Part shown: piece by piece, positions 17,198 through 28,414 of the stretch
Layout of the letters: each line of letters starts with the position of its first letter
Numbering within the stretch: the stretch's first letter is position 1
Position numbers and translations under genes: made by a program
DNA from: an uncultured Bacteroidales bacterium
Lineage (GTDB): Bacteria; Bacteroidota; Bacteroidia; Bacteroidales; JAIOZK01
Length of the DNA: 64,000 bases
Assembly (NCBI GenBank): GCA_964550205.1
Contig: CAZJYD010000001.1
Location: forward strand, 11,506 to 75,505
Reading direction: 5' to 3'
The notes under the pieces: model-generated
Seen by the model: only the letters and a program-made list of their open reading frames with translations
What the model was told of the DNA's origin: nothing
Database searches by the model: none

Positions 17198-17635
17198 CTA
17201 AAATTTCGGTTCAAACGTATCATAGTCATATGGCTGCTTTTCAAACCTAATGATTAAATTTCTGCTTTCCGGAAAACTGTTGTTATTAGCTAGCAATGTA
17301 TAAAAAAATTCTCCTTCAAGTCCCACTTCAATCTCAGTCTGAATGTACAGTGTTGCAGTTGAATCAGAGTATTGACGCTGGAGCCAGAGTAAGGCACTGT
17401 TAGCTGATAATTTTTTTATCTTCCATACTGCATTAGTATCGAATTTGACCTTAACAGGGTAATTACCAATAGTTTTCAGATTAATCATTGCTTCAAATAC
17501 ATCAGGTGGGTATGTTATTTCCTGGACGTCGCAATAGATAGGGCAATCAGGATCATCGCCGCCATTATCATCTGAACAGCAAAAGAAAATCAAAGAGATT
17601 ATTAATAACAGAAATATGGAATTATATGCCTTCAT
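17198..17635 (-). CDS. Hypothetical lipoprotein
   Basis: Signal peptide with a lipobox-like FFCCS; no recognisable domain. Located just downstream of secA on the same strand. Confidence 0.5.
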   Translation of the reverse strand: MKAYNSIFLLLIISLIFFCCSDDNGGDDPDCPIYCDVQEITYPPDVFEAMINLKTIGNYPVKVKFDTNAVWKIKKLSANSALLWLQRQYSDSTATLYIQTEIEVGLEGEFFYTLLANNNSFPESRNLIIRFEKQPYDYDTFEPKF

Positions 17636-17691
17636 TTTGAATTTTTACCTTAAAGATATGAATTTTATTAAATCATGGATTGATTTATTTT

Positions 17692-20600
17692 TTATTGATT
17701 AACCAATTGACATTCACCACGTTTTAAATCGTGCTCAACAAGTTTATACTTTTTAACCAATTCACTGCCATCATTATATCTCACCTTTACTTTTTCATTG
17801 CGGCCAATTTTCTTTTTTGCTTTTATAGGCTGTGTTTTTTGTGGGTGTTGCGTATCGCTATGTGCTTGTGAAAGGAGATCAGTTCTTTCTTCTTTCATTT
17901 CACTCATATCCATACCCTGAGGCGCCTGTGCTTCCTGAACAGATTCTGCATCCTGCATTGGAATATCTGCTCTGATGAGAAATGAAACAATCTGCTCATT
18001 AATTTTTTGTATCATTTGCTTGAATAGTTCAAATGATTCGAATTTATAAATGAGCAAAGGATCTTTTTGTTCGTAGGCTGCGTTTTGCACTGATTGTTTC
18101 AGGTCATCCATTTCGCGAAGATGATCCTTCCAGGCATTATCTATATTAGAAAGAGTTATTCCTTTATCTATGGCAAGACTAACTTCTTTTCCTTTATCTT
18201 CATAGGCTTTTTTAAGATTAGCGATAGCCTGCATGGTTTTATTACCATCAGTAATGGGTATTGCTATATTCTCGTAGGGTGTTCTTCTTTCGTAAACATC
18301 TTTTATTACCGGATATGTTTTCTTTGCAATGATTTTTGACTTTTCCCTGTAATTGTTATAAACAGTGTGAAAAAGTTCTTCTGCCATATTCTCGGCTTGA
18401 TTTTGCAAAAATTCCTGATCATTGTATGGAGAGTCTATTGCAAGCTTTTTAAGCAGTTCCATTCTGAAACCTTCAAAATCACGCATTTCCTGATAGTCAA
18501 GGATTGTTTTTTCGATAACATCAAACATCATATTAGAAATATCTACAGCAAGCCGGTCTCCGAAAAGAGCATGATGTCTTTTTTTGTAGATCACCTCCCT
18601 TTGGGAATTCATTACATCATCATATTCCAGCAACCGTTTTCTGATACCAAAATTATTTTCCTCTACTTTTTTCTGTGCTCTTTCTATTGATCTTGTGATC
18701 ATAGGATGTTGTATAACTTCACCCTCTTTCAATCCGAGTCTGTCCATAATTCCTGCAATACGTCCTGATCCGAACATTCGCATAAGGTCATCTTCAAGAG
18801 AAACGAAAAACTGAGAACTTCCCGGATCACCCTGGCGGCCTGCACGTCCTCGTAATTGCCGGTCAACTCTTCTTGATTCATGTCTTTCGGTACCTATAAT
18901 AGAAAGACCACCCGCTTTTTTCACTCCCGGCCCAAGTTTAATATCAGTACCACGACCGGCCATATTGGTAGCTATGGTAACATTGCCCGCCAGACCAGCT
19001 TCAGCGACAATTTCTGCTTCTCTTTGATGAAGCTTGGCATTTAATACGTTATGCTTGATCTTTTTACGCTTGAGCATGCGACTGAGCAATTCTGAGGTTT
19101 CAACAGAGGTTGTTCCTACCAAAACAGGCCTGCCTTGTTTTATCAAGTCAACAATTTCATCAATAACCGAATTGAACTTTTCTCTCTTTGTCTTATAGAC
19201 CAAGTCCTCACGGTCATCTCGAACAATAGGTTCGTTTGTCGGTATTACTACAACATCCAGCTTGTAAATGTCCCAGAACTCTCCTGCTTCGGTCTCAGCA
19301 GTACCTGTCATACCGGCAAGCTTTCTGTACATCCTAAAATAATTCTGTAGCGTGATGGTGGCATATGTTTGTGTAGCAGCTTCAACTTTTACATTTTCCT
19401 TGGCTTCGATAGCCTGATGCAAACCATCGGAATACCTTCTTCCTTCAAGGATGCGACCTGTTTGTTCATCAACAATTTTTATCTTATTATCCATGATAAC
19501 ATATTCAACATCCTTTTCAAATAAAGCATATGCTTTTAACAATTGATTGATCGAATGTACCCTTTCTGATTTGATGGCATAATCCTGAAGAAGCTCGTTT
19601 TTCTTTTTCAATTTTTTATCTTCAGGAAGATTCTCTTTTTCAAGCTCTGCTATGAATGATCCTATATCGGGCAAAACATAAAAATCGGAATCCTGGTATG
19701 ATTCTGTTATCAGGTCAATACCTTTTTCAGTAATATCTATTGTGTTGTTTTTTTCGTCTATTACAAAATACAATTCATCATCAATAACATGCATATGCTT
19801 GGCTTGCTCCTGAAGATAAAAGTTTTCTGTTTTTTGTCTCAGGGTTTTCATACCGGGTTCACTTAGAAATTTAATCAGTGCTTTGTTTTTTGGTAAACCC
19901 CTGTAGGCACGTAAAAGTAATTTACCACCTTCTTTTTCTTCCTCGCTTTCTAACATCTCCTTGCTAAGTATCCTTTTGGCATCTGCCAGAATTTGGGTAA
20001 TAAGCTTTTTTTGGGCAGAATAAAGTTTTTCCACCATAGGCCTCAATTCATAAAATTCTTGTTTTTCACCTTTGGGAGTGGGACCGGAAATAATTAAGGG
20101 TGTTCGTGCGTCGTCAATAAGCACTGAATCTACTTCATCAACAATAGCATAATTATGTGATCGCTGTACAAGCTCATCAGGATTGCCGGTCATATTATCC
20201 CGTAAGTAATCAAAACCAAATTCATTGTTAGTACCGAAAGTCACATCAGCAAGGTAGGCTTGTCTTCTATCATCAGAGTTAGGTTCATGTTTGTCTATAC
20301 AATCAACTTTTAATCCATGAAATTCATAAAGAACACCCATCCATTCCGAATCACGTCTGGCAAGATAATCATTAACCGTTACAATGTGAACACCTTTTCC
20401 GGGCAAAGCATTAAGGTAAACCGGTAAAGTGGCAACCAACGTTTTACCCTCTCCGGTAGCCATCTCTGCTATTTTACCCTGGTGAAGAACCACTCCGCCT
20501 ATCAACTGTACATCATAATGTACCATATCCCAGGTGATAATATTTCCACCTGCAACCCATGAATTTTTATAAACTGCTTTGTCGCCTTTTATTGTAACAT

Positions 20601-21027
20601 TGTCTTTTTCTTTAGCCAGTTCACGGTCAAAATCAGTTGCAGTAACTACAACAATTTCATTATCAACAAATCTTTTTGCAGTTTCTTTGATGACTGCGAA
20701 AGCCTCAGGAAGAATTTCATTTAATATGTCCTGTGATTTTTCATAACTCGCATCTTCAAGTTTGTCTACTTGTTTCCATAATCTTTCTCTTTCTTCTATG
20801 TCTTCTTCCTTATTAATTTTTTCTTTTAGTTCTTTGATTTGTTTTTCTTCATCAGCAATATAATCGAAAACACGCTTGCGGAATTCCTGTGTTTTGATGC
20901 GCAACTCATCGTTGCTTAATTGTGATATGTTATCATATGCTTCTTGTATTTGAGACAATACCGGACTTATTTTTTTTATATCCCGTTCCGATTTTGTGCC
21001 AAGTATGTTTTTTAAGAATTTAAGCAT
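17692..21027 (-). CDS. secA: Preprotein translocase ATPase subunit SecA
   Basis: [53 protein letters not shown] and [13 protein letters not shown]. Length is 1111 aa. Confidence 0.95.
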   Translation of the reverse strand: MLKFLKNILGTKSERDIKKISPVLSQIQEAYDNISQLSNDELRIKTQEFRKRVFDYIADEEKQIKELKEKINKEEDIEERERLWKQVDKLEDASYEKSQDILNEILPEAFAVIKETAKRFVDNEIVVVTATDFDRELAKEKDNVTIKGDKAVYKNSWVAGGNIITWDMVHYDVQLIGGVVLHQGKIAEMATGEGKTLVATLPVYLNALPGKGVHIVTVNDYLARRDSEWMGVLYEFHGLKVDCIDKHEPNSDDRRQAYLADVTFGTNNEFGFDYLRDNMTGNPDELVQRSHNYAIVDEVDSVLIDDARTPLIISGPTPKGEKQEFYELRPMVEKLYSAQKKLITQILADAKRILSKEMLESEEEKEGGKLLLRAYRGLPKNKALIKFLSEPGMKTLRQKTENFYLQEQAKHMHVIDDELYFVIDEKNNTIDITEKGIDLITESYQDSDFYVLPDIGSFIAELEKENLPEDKKLKKKNELLQDYAIKSERVHSINQLLKAYALFEKDVEYVIMDNKIKIVDEQTGRILEGRRYSDGLHQAIEAKENVKVEAATQTYATITLQNYFRMYRKLAGMTGTAETEAGEFWDIYKLDVVVIPTNEPIVRDDREDLVYKTKREKFNSVIDEIVDLIKQGRPVLVGTTSVETSELLSRMLKRKKIKHNVLNAKLHQREAEIVAEAGLAGNVTIATNMAGRGTDIKLGPGVKKAGGLSIIGTERHESRRVDRQLRGRAGRQGDPGSSQFFVSLEDDLMRMFGSGRIAGIMDRLGLKEGEVIQHPMITRSIERAQKKVEENNFGIRKRLLEYDDVMNSQREVIYKKRHHALFGDRLAVDISNMMFDVIEKTILDYQEMRDFEGFRMELLKKLAIDSPYNDQEFLQNQAENMAEELFHTVYNNYREKSKIIAKKTYPVIKDVYERRTPYENIAIPITDGNKTMQAIANLKKAYEDKGKEVSLAIDKGITLSNIDNAWKDHLREMDDLKQSVQNAAYEQKDPLLIYKFESFELFKQMIQKINEQIVSFLIRADIPMQDAESVQEAQAPQGMDMSEMKEERTDLLSQAHSDTQHPQKTQPIKAKKKIGRNEKVKVRYNDGSELVKKYKLVEHDLKRGECQLVNQ

Positions 21028-21107
21028 AATTGCTAATTATATTTTGCGATTTTAATTGACCTTCTGTTATTTAAAGGAAATAACATACTCATTATTATTA
21101 CAAAATA

Positions 21108-21115
21108 CAAAAATA
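21108..21115 (-). promoter_or_regulatory. Candidate -7 box (TATTTTTG on the minus strand) upstream of secA
   Basis: The plus strand reads CAAAAATA, the complement of TAnnTTTG. It lies about 80 nt upstream of the secA start. Confidence 0.3.
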
Positions 21116-21154
21116 CTGCAAAAAAAATGAGTTTGGTTAATATGTTATATATTT

Positions 21155-22549
21155 TTAATTAAGGTTTTTATTTGCAATTTTTGATAAAATTATTCTGAAA
21201 CTTTCCCGTGGTAATACAGCAGGGTTTTTTATTATCGTGCCATGTTTATCAATTAAAAGATTTTTTGGATATGTCCGAACATCATATTTTTCGAGCAATT
21301 CAAAGTTATTATCAAAATGAAGTAATAACCAGTTATAATCCTTTTCTTCAGCATATTTGAAGGATTGTTCAGGATCAACATCGGTTGAAATACTTATAAA
21401 TTGAATTGTATTATCATATCGTTTATAAATATTTTTTATAGTATCCATTTCTTCTATGCATGGCCGGCAAACTAAGTTCCAGAAATTCAAATATATTATT
21501 TTCCCTCTGAAATCCTCTAATGAAAAAGTATCGTTGGTTGCATTTGGTAGCTGAAAATCAGGAACCTTTGTGTCCTTTGTAAGCATTGTAAGTTTTTTAA
21601 TGAGGTTTACGGATATTTTTTTATTTTCTTCTGTTTTAAATTGACGAGCAGCTTTTTCAAGTGCTTCAATGATAATAGCTTTATTGAAATTTGGATTATG
21701 ATATAAATCATGAAGAGTCTTAAGCAGAACCATTTCAAGTATGCGATGATCTTTGCGTAAAATATTATCTTTCTGAAGCAATAAGATCAAATCATTAAAA
21801 TTACTTTTCTTATCTATTATTTGGCTGATAATTTCTTGTTGGCTGATATTGGTATTATTTGTAAAGTATTTTTCAGCGAATTGGTTAAAGAAATCCATGT
21901 ACTTAATATTATTATATAGAACAGGCTGATTAATCAAATAATCATTGGCAATTTCTTGTTTTGTCTTGAACTTGGCAAAAAGATCTACAGAGGCATTAGA
22001 GTATTTAATATAATTTTTGAAATAGAGCGGATTAACGGATTTGAATGATTTATCAACTTCAAGTTGTAAACTATCGAGCAACGATATGTTATGTTTTTTA
22101 TACAGTTCATAAAAATTGTTGTATATAAAATTACTGTATATTTTGTTGAACTCGCTTATTTTATGGTTTAATGAATTTTTACCTGCATTGTTTATTCTAA
22201 CCCTTAAGTTGATCGGATTTGTATATGAAAATATTCTGGCATGCGGATCAAAATCAATAATCAGATCGTATTCATTATCCGGTTCAAGGTAAAATTCTGC
22301 CTGTTGAAAATCTATTTTAAGATATGTAAAAACAGTAGTGTCATTATTGATTTGTATTTTGAAATCACCATTATTATTGATTCTTGTTTCAGCCACGGTT
22401 TGCTCAAGATATGAGATCATGTCTGCGTACATGATTATCCGGATCTTTTTTCCTGCTGCACCATTTACATTACCTGAAATGATTGTGGTTTGGGACAAAG
22501 CAATATAGGTAATCATTAATGTAATACAAGTGGTGATCAGTTTTTTCAT
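21155..22549 (-). CDS. TlpA/ResA-like thiol-disulfide oxidoreductase with long N-terminal extension
   Basis: Signal peptide. The C-terminal thioredoxin fold has a CxxC (YLNFWNLVCRPCIEEM) and a YP-containing loop (VRTYPKNLLIDKHG). Confidence 0.75.
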   Translation of the reverse strand: MKKLITTCITLMITYIALSQTTIISGNVNGAAGKKIRIIMYADMISYLEQTVAETRINNNGDFKIQINNDTTVFTYLKIDFQQAEFYLEPDNEYDLIIDFDPHARIFSYTNPINLRVRINNAGKNSLNHKISEFNKIYSNFIYNNFYELYKKHNISLLDSLQLEVDKSFKSVNPLYFKNYIKYSNASVDLFAKFKTKQEIANDYLINQPVLYNNIKYMDFFNQFAEKYFTNNTNISQQEIISQIIDKKSNFNDLILLLQKDNILRKDHRILEMVLLKTLHDLYHNPNFNKAIIIEALEKAARQFKTEENKKISVNLIKKLTMLTKDTKVPDFQLPNATNDTFSLEDFRGKIIYLNFWNLVCRPCIEEMDTIKNIYKRYDNTIQFISISTDVDPEQSFKYAEEKDYNWLLLHFDNNFELLEKYDVRTYPKNLLIDKHGTIIKNPAVLPRESFRIILSKIANKNLN

Positions 22550-22597
22550 GATTTGAATAGTTTTAATGAAAACGTAGTAAGAATGAAATTTATTGAA

Positions 22598-23056
22598 TCA
22601 AAGGTCAATACCTTCAGGAATAAAGCCGGAAACATCACCACCGCTTTGATAGATCTCTCTTACAATGGACGAGTTGATAGGAGTAAGCTCAGGTGTGGTC
22701 AGAAAAAACACAGTTTCAATCTCCGGGTATAATTTTTTATTAATCTGCCCAATTCTTCTTTCAAATTCAAAATCGGCCGAGGTACGCAATCCCCTTAATA
22801 AATACTTTGCATTTATTTTTCTGCAATAATCAACGGTAAGACCTGTGAAAGTACTTACCTTTATCTTTGGATAGTCAGCAAATACCTTTTCAATCCATGT
22901 TTTACGCTTTTCAATAGGAAAAAGAAATTTCTTTTCAGGGTTTTTACCTATTGCGATGACTATTTGATCAAACAATGGAAGAGCCCTTTTTACAACTGAC
23001 TCATGGCCTTTTGTTATGGGGTCGAATGATCCGGGGAAGACTGCAATTTTTTCCAT
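22598..23056 (-). CDS. coaD: Pantetheine-phosphate adenylyltransferase
   Basis: AVFPGSFDPITKGH and ISSS-like INSSIVREI; 152 aa. Confidence 0.92.
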   Translation of the reverse strand: MEKIAVFPGSFDPITKGHESVVKRALPLFDQIVIAIGKNPEKKFLFPIEKRKTWIEKVFADYPKIKVSTFTGLTVDYCRKINAKYLLRGLRTSADFEFERRIGQINKKLYPEIETVFFLTTPELTPINSSIVREIYQSGGDVSGFIPEGIDL

Positions 23057-23119
23057 GGCAAAACATTTATTGCAAAACTATGATTAAAAATTTAAATAAC
23101 AGACTTATTAAAATCTTTA

Positions 23120-23127
23120 TAATTTTG
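23120..23127 (+). promoter_or_regulatory. Candidate -7 box (TAATTTTG) ending 4 nt before the pyrE ATG
   Basis: Matches TAnnTTTG; the ATG is at 23132. Confidence 0.3.
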
Positions 23128-23131
23128 TTGT

Positions 23132-23779
23132 ATGATAAGCGATAAAGAAATTGCCCGCAATATCTCAGCACAATTACTGAAAATAAATGCTGTAAAGCTA
23201 AGCGTTGAAAAACCATTTATATGGACATCCGGCTTAAGGTCACCTATTTATTGCGATAACAGGATTACCTTGTCCTATCCGGATTTACGCAGTTATATTA
23301 AAGAACAGTTTATGAAGGTAATTAAGGAGAAATTTGAAAAGCCTGATATTATTGCAGGCGTTGCCACAGGTGCCATTGCCCAGGGTGCCTTAGTTGCACA
23401 GGAACTAAATTTGCCATTTGTTTATATTCGTTCTTCCAAAAAATCCCATGGTCTGGAGAACAAAATCGAAGGAAAAACAGAAAGCGGACAATCAGCTATT
23501 ATTATCGAAGACCTTATTTCGACAGGAAAAAGTAGTTTAAACGCTGTTACCGCGTTAAGAGGAGAGAACTGCAAGGTTATTGGTATGATAGCTATTTTTA
23601 CTTATGATCTGCAAGTTGCAAAGAATAATTTCAGGGAAGCTAATGTTAAGCTCATTACGCTTTCTGATTATGATACTCTGATTAATAAAGCTCTTGAAAT
23701 TAATTATATAAAGAAAAAGGATATGTCTTCTCTTGTTGAATGGAGAAAATATCCAAAAAAATGGGGTGAAAAAAACTAA
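23132..23779 (+). CDS. pyrE: Orotate phosphoribosyltransferase
   Basis: F.WTSG..SPIYCDNR and the PRPP-binding loop AIIIEDLISTGKS; 215 aa. Confidence 0.9.
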   Translation: MISDKEIARNISAQLLKINAVKLSVEKPFIWTSGLRSPIYCDNRITLSYPDLRSYIKEQFMKVIKEKFEKPDIIAGVATGAIAQGALVAQELNLPFVYIRSSKKSHGLENKIEGKTESGQSAIIIEDLISTGKSSLNAVTALRGENCKVIGMIAIFTYDLQVAKNNFREANVKLITLSDYDTLINKALEINYIKKKDMSSLVEWRKYPKKWGEKN

Positions 23780-23783
23780 TATT

Positions 23784-24191
23784 ATGAAAATAAAAAGTGA
23801 TAGTCTTATAATTAATAAACCTGCTAGAAAGATATATAATTTTCTCAGCGACTTTAACAACTTTGAACATTTAATGCCTGAACAGGTAACAAATTGGAAA
23901 TCAACCGAAATAACATGTTCATTTACAGTTCAAAATATGGCTGATGTTAAGATGCGTATTCATGAAAAGGAAGTTGATTCTCATGTTCATGTTGTTTCCG
24001 AGAGTAAGTCGCCATTCGGTTTTGAACTGAAATGCAAACTGGAGCCTGTTGAAGAAGAAAAAACCAAAGTACATATAGAGGCCGAAGCAGATGTTAATCC
24101 AATGATGAAAATGATGATACAGCGACCAGTACAAAACCTTGTAAATATAATGGTTGAAAAATTGAAACACCATCACGAGAAAAATAACTAA
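23784..24191 (+). CDS. SRPBCC-family (START/polyketide-cyclase-like) protein
   Basis: About 135 aa. The N-terminus (I..PA.KIYNFLSDFNNFEHLMP) is typical of small SRPBCC proteins. The start was moved to the ATG at 23784, beyond the pyrE stop. Confidence 0.55.
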   Translation: MKIKSDSLIINKPARKIYNFLSDFNNFEHLMPEQVTNWKSTEITCSFTVQNMADVKMRIHEKEVDSHVHVVSESKSPFGFELKCKLEPVEEEKTKVHIEAEADVNPMMKMMIQRPVQNLVNIMVEKLKHHHEKNN

Positions 24192-24253
24192 CTGTATAAT
24201 TTAATTTAAATGACCGGTATGATCCTTCAAGATTTATCGTTAATGCCTGATAA

Positions 24254-25012
24254 TCACAGAACATATTCAACTTCCTTAAAATCGAATTTAAGAATTTCTC
24301 CTGACCTTTTTTGAAGTATTAACTTTCCACTTTCAGCAACATTGATAATCCTTGCCTCGAATTTATTGTGATTGCTGATATATTTTGAATATTTTCCGAA
24401 CCGGAGTAAAGAATTTAAATAATCTTTATTTATGTATTCGTATTCTTTTTTGATGAGTTGATTATACCTGATGTTCATGCAGAATATTAGTTCTTGCAGG
24501 CATTTATCCAGAGAATAGTCAGTTTTGGTTATTTGTTTAAGTGAAATGGGATTTGGTATATCTCTTTTGAACTTTGTTTGATTTATATTGACGCCAATGC
24601 CTATTACGGAATATTCAAATGAATTACCTTTCATTGTATTATTAATAAGAATGCCGGATATTTTTGACTTATTAATATAGATGTCATTTGGCCATTTTAT
24701 TGAAACCTGTTCTTTAGAAACTGTTGTTTTTATGAAATCATAAATTCCCAGTGCAGTGAATTTATTGAGCATAAACTGTTCTTCGGCCAGCAGAAAGTCA
24801 GGATGAATGAGAATACTAAATGTGAGATTCTTACCAGGTTCGCTTTCCCATGAGTTTTTATCAAGCCCTTTTCCTGCATATTGGTTGTTAGTAATAAATA
24901 TTGTTCCTTCTTCGTAATTTTGTTTTTGCAGTGATTTAATTGTAAAATCGTTTGTTGAACTAACCGGTCCGGTGTTAATAATTTTATTGCCAAATATCTT
25001 CTCTGGTGTCAT
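24254..25012 (-). CDS. birA: Biotin--[acetyl-CoA-carboxylase] ligase (no N-terminal HTH)
   Basis: Has a BPL/LPL catalytic core with a QYAGKGLDKNSWES (GRGRxGRxW-like) loop and IKWPNDIY. At 252 aa it is too short to carry a repressor domain. Confidence 0.8.
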   Translation of the reverse strand: MTPEKIFGNKIINTGPVSSTNDFTIKSLQKQNYEEGTIFITNNQYAGKGLDKNSWESEPGKNLTFSILIHPDFLLAEEQFMLNKFTALGIYDFIKTTVSKEQVSIKWPNDIYINKSKISGILINNTMKGNSFEYSVIGIGVNINQTKFKRDIPNPISLKQITKTDYSLDKCLQELIFCMNIRYNQLIKKEYEYINKDYLNSLLRFGKYSKYISNHNKFEARIINVAESGKLILQKRSGEILKFDFKEVEYVL

Positions 25013-25104
25013 TGTATTTATTTTTTATTATAATTGGATAATAAAGGTAAGTATATTTCGCTTAAAGGATTGGTAATCTATTTATTTTAGTGAGCAATTT
25101 TGCT

Positions 25105-25112
25105 TATTTTTG
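25105..25112 (+). promoter_or_regulatory. Candidate -7 box (TATTTTTG) for rsfS-ftsH
   Basis: Matches TAnnTTTG, 28 nt upstream of the ATG at 25141. Confidence 0.4.
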
Positions 25113-25140
25113 CAATAAGAGAAAGCATCACATATTTAAT

Positions 25141-25521
25141 ATGACTCAAACTCAAAAAGCTTCTGCTGAGCAATTAGCCAACATTGTGATAAATGGTATT
25201 CAGAAGAAGAAGGCTCAGCAAATAATTAGTATGGACCTTTCAATGATACCAAATGCCGTATGTAATTATTTTATTATATGCCATGGCCTTTCCGGAACTC
25301 AAGTTGAGGCTATTGCAGATTCAGCTATTGAAACAGTTAGAGAACAAACAGGAGAGAAACCCTGGCACTCGGAAGGGTATGAAAATGCGGAATGGATTTT
25401 GATAGATTATGTAGATGTGGTGCTGCATGTGTTTCAGAAAAATGTCCGGAATTTTTATCAACTTGAAGAACTCTGGGCTGATGCAGAGATGAATAAATTT
25501 GATGATGAAGACCAGTTATAA
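25141..25521 (+). CDS. rsfS: Ribosome silencing factor
   Basis: About 126 aa with D.FIICHG.S..QV.AIADS, W.L.DY.DVV.H.F and R.FY.LE.LW, the RsfS/iojap signature. The start is at the internal ATG. Confidence 0.88.
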   Translation: MTQTQKASAEQLANIVINGIQKKKAQQIISMDLSMIPNAVCNYFIICHGLSGTQVEAIADSAIETVREQTGEKPWHSEGYENAEWILIDYVDVVLHVFQKNVRNFYQLEELWADAEMNKFDDEDQL

Positions 25522-25545
25522 AACTTTTAAGGGAAAACAGACATA

Positions 25546-27747
25546 ATGGCAGAAGAACAAAGAACTCAAAACAGACAAGATCAACAGAAAGACTATAAAT
25601 CCAAAAAGAAAAGATTTAATTTTTACTGGATATATGGAATATTAATAGTTATCTTTTTGATTATTCAATTAGTCAACTGGGGTGACGGTGAGGAAAAAAC
25701 TACCTGGGGAGAATTAAGAGAGATGCTTTCCGGTGGTGATTTGAGCAGGATTGTATTAATAAACAAGGAACGGGCGGAGATTTATATTAAAAATGAAGCC
25801 TTATCAAAATCCAGGTATCAAGATCTAAGAGATAGTAGAGGAACAAGTTCCTCGGGGCCTCATTATTATTATAATATAACATCACCTGATTCATTTGATG
25901 ATAAAGTAATAGAGGCACAAAAAGGAATAGATGAAGACGACACAGTTTATGTAGAGAATGAAACGAGGAGAAACTGGGGGATGGACATATTAGGATGGGT
26001 AATTCCTATTGCGATATTAATAGGCGTTTGGTTTTTTATCATGCGAATGATGAGCAGGGGAGGAGGAGGCCCCGGTGGACATCTCTTTAACATAGGAAAA
26101 TCCAAAGCCCAGTTATTTGATAAGAGTGCAAACGTTACTATAACTTTTGATGATGTTGCAGGTCTTGAAGAAGCAAAGGTTGAAGTTAAGGAAGTTGTGG
26201 ATTTTTTAAAAAATCCTTCCAAATATACCGAGCTTGGTGGTAAAATACCTAAAGGGGCATTATTAATTGGGCCACCGGGCACAGGTAAAACATTACTTGC
26301 AAAAGCAGTTGCCGGTGAAGCACAGGTTCCGTTCTTTTCAATATCCGGTTCCGATTTTGTAGAAATGTTTGTTGGTGTGGGTGCATCCCGTGTTAGAGAC
26401 CTGTTTAAACAAGCCAAAGAGAAAGCTCCGTGTATAATATTTATAGATGAAATTGATGCGATAGGAAGAGCAAGAGGTAAAAATCCATTAACAGGGGCAA
26501 ATGACGAGAGGGAAAACACACTGAATCAATTACTTACAGAAATGGACGGCTTTTCAAGCAATACAGGAGTTATTATTCTGGCGGCAACAAACAGATGGGA
26601 TGTGCTGGATCGCGCACTGTTACGTGCCGGTCGTTTTGACAGACAAATACATGTTGAATTACCTGATCTTGAGGAAAGAAAAGCAATCTTTAAGGTTCAC
26701 CTTAAACCGCTTAAAAAAATCAACAAGGATGTTAATATTGAATTTCTTGCCAAACAAACACCAGGATTTTCAGGTGCAGATATCGCGAATGTTGCCAATG
26801 AAGCCGCTTTGATAGCTGCCAGAAAAAATAAAAAAGAAGTTGGCAGGCAGGACTTTATGGATGCTATTGATCGTTTCATTGGTGGTTTGGAGAAAAAGAA
26901 TAAACTTATATCTCCCAAGGAAAAGAAAATTGTAGCTTATCATGAAAGCGGTCATGCATCTGTAAGTTGGCTGCTTGAACACGCTCATCCTCTGGTTAAG
27001 GTAACTATTGTTCCGAGAGGTAAATCACTGGGTGCTGCATGGTATCTTCCCGAGGAACGTCAGATAACTACTTTTCATCAGATGTATGATGAGATGACTG
27101 CTGCACTGGCAGGGAGAGCATCGGAAGAAATCAACTTTGGAGAAGTTTCAACCGGCGCCTTGAACGATCTTGAAAAAGTTACAAAGCAAGCTTACAATAT
27201 TATTGTTTATTTTGGCTTGAATGATAAAATAGGAAACATTTCTTTTTACGATTCAACAGGTCAACAAGAATATTCCTTTACCAAACCATATAGCGAGAAG
27301 ACTGCAGAGATAATAGACCAGGAAGTAAAAAAGATGGTTGAAAAAGCATACAAGCGAGCTAAAGAAATCTTGTTAAAGCATAAGGATCAGCTTAAAGAAC
27401 TTGCTGAAAAATTGCTTGAAAGAGAAGTTATTTTTAGTACCGATCTGGAAAAGATCTTTGGGCACAGACCGTGGGATGAGAAAAAGGAAAAACAACTGAA
27501 AGAGATAGGTTCGGAAGCTGAAAAGCATGCTAAATCATCAAAGCAATCCGTAACAAAAAAACAAAAAGAAACAAAAGTTAATCAGCCAGCCCGGTCTGAA
27601 AGTAATTCAGAAAAAAGTAAATCAACCGATACAGGCAAAAAGGAATCGGAAAAGAAAACACCTGAAGCCAGGAAAAAAACTAAGACCGGCGAAGAAAAGA
27701 AAAAACCTGAAAAAAGAAAGAAGGAACCTTCACAAAAGATTGATTAA
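25546..27747 (+). CDS. ftsH: ATP-dependent zinc metalloprotease FtsH
   Basis: Two N-terminal TMs, Walker [14 protein letters not shown], Walker [13 protein letters not shown] ([19 protein letters not shown]) and the zinc motif AYHESGHA. It also carries a ~95-aa K/E/S-rich C-terminal tail. Confidence 0.95.
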   Translation: MAEEQRTQNRQDQQKDYKSKKKRFNFYWIYGILIVIFLIIQLVNWGDGEEKTTWGELREMLSGGDLSRIVLINKERAEIYIKNEALSKSRYQDLRDSRGTSSSGPHYYYNITSPDSFDDKVIEAQKGIDEDDTVYVENETRRNWGMDILGWVIPIAILIGVWFFIMRMMSRGGGGPGGHLFNIGKSKAQLFDKSANVTITFDDVAGLEEAKVEVKEVVDFLKNPSKYTELGGKIPKGALLIGPPGTGKTLLAKAVAGEAQVPFFSISGSDFVEMFVGVGASRVRDLFKQAKEKAPCIIFIDEIDAIGRARGKNPLTGANDERENTLNQLLTEMDGFSSNTGVIILAATNRWDVLDRALLRAGRFDRQIHVELPDLEERKAIFKVHLKPLKKINKDVNIEFLAKQTPGFSGADIANVANEAALIAARKNKKEVGRQDFMDAIDRFIGGLEKKNKLISPKEKKIVAYHESGHASVSWLLEHAHPLVKVTIVPRGKSLGAAWYLPEERQITTFHQMYDEMTAALAGRASEEINFGEVSTGALNDLEKVTKQAYNIIVYFGLNDKIGNISFYDSTGQQEYSFTKPYSEKTAEIIDQEVKKMVEKAYKRAKEILLKHKDQLKELAEKLLEREVIFSTDLEKIFGHRPWDEKKEKQLKEIGSEAEKHAKSSKQSVTKKQKETKVNQPARSESNSEKSKSTDTGKKESEKKTPEARKKTKTGEEKKKPEKRKKEPSQKID

Positions 27748-27759
27748 ATTTTCAAGCTA

Positions 27760-28404
27760 ATGCCAGATTTTACATCACGAGAGAGAATACTGCAAAAAAT
27801 TGAACATGCTTTATCAAATAAACCGGATTTACCCGGAGAAGAAGAGAGAGGTAAAGCAAACATATACAAGAAAATTGATGGTGAGCTTGAAGTGGTTTTT
27901 AAGAGAGAGTTTCAGAAGGTGAATGGGGAATTAATTAATTGTATTAACCTGACGGATTTCGGAAATAAGATCAAATCACTTATTCAAAATAAATTCAACA
28001 AGGATATATACTGTATTGATGAGGAAATTCAAAAACATCTAAATAAAATAAATATATCCTATAAACACGAGGAAGATGAATTCCTTGATCAGACAAGTGG
28101 ACTTACCGGTTGTGAGTATTTGATTGCCCGTCTTGGAAGTATTATGATCTCCTCCCGACAAGGCTCCGGAAGAAGAATTTATGTATATCCTGAAAATCAT
28201 TTTGTTTTGGCTTATAGATCGCAATTAGTTCCAGATATAAAAGATGCATTTGAAGAAATTAATAATAAATACGGAAATTCAATGCCTTCTTTGATTTCGC
28301 TGATAACCGGTCCGAGCAGAACTGCTGATATAGAAAAAACACTGGTAATGGGAGCGCACGGGCCTAAACAATTGTATGTATTTTTAATTAACGATAATAA
28401 CTAA
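27760..28404 (+). CDS. LUD-domain protein (LutC/YkgG-like)
   Basis: The C-terminal ITGPSRTADIEKTLVMGAHGPKQLYVFLI matches the LUD-domain signature; 214 aa. Confidence 0.7.
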   Translation: MPDFTSRERILQKIEHALSNKPDLPGEEERGKANIYKKIDGELEVVFKREFQKVNGELINCINLTDFGNKIKSLIQNKFNKDIYCIDEEIQKHLNKINISYKHEEDEFLDQTSGLTGCEYLIARLGSIMISSRQGSGRRIYVYPENHFVLAYRSQLVPDIKDAFEEINNKYGNSMPSLISLITGPSRTADIEKTLVMGAHGPKQLYVFLINDNN

Positions 28405-28414
28405 AATATTTTTT

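Noticed and set aside
25947-26519. 190-aa ORF antisense to ftsH. The same class includes 43347-43718 antisense to guaB, 56359-56769 antisense to the DUF4252 gene, 53446-53964 antisense to valS, 34909-35331 antisense to the MacB-like permease, and 9603-9966 antisense to pfkA.
   Set aside because: All lie entirely inside strongly supported genes on the opposite strand. Their translations are low-complexity, Ser/Ile/Phe-rich or Pro-rich, with no recognisable motif. This is typical of shadow ORFs in AT-rich genomes.
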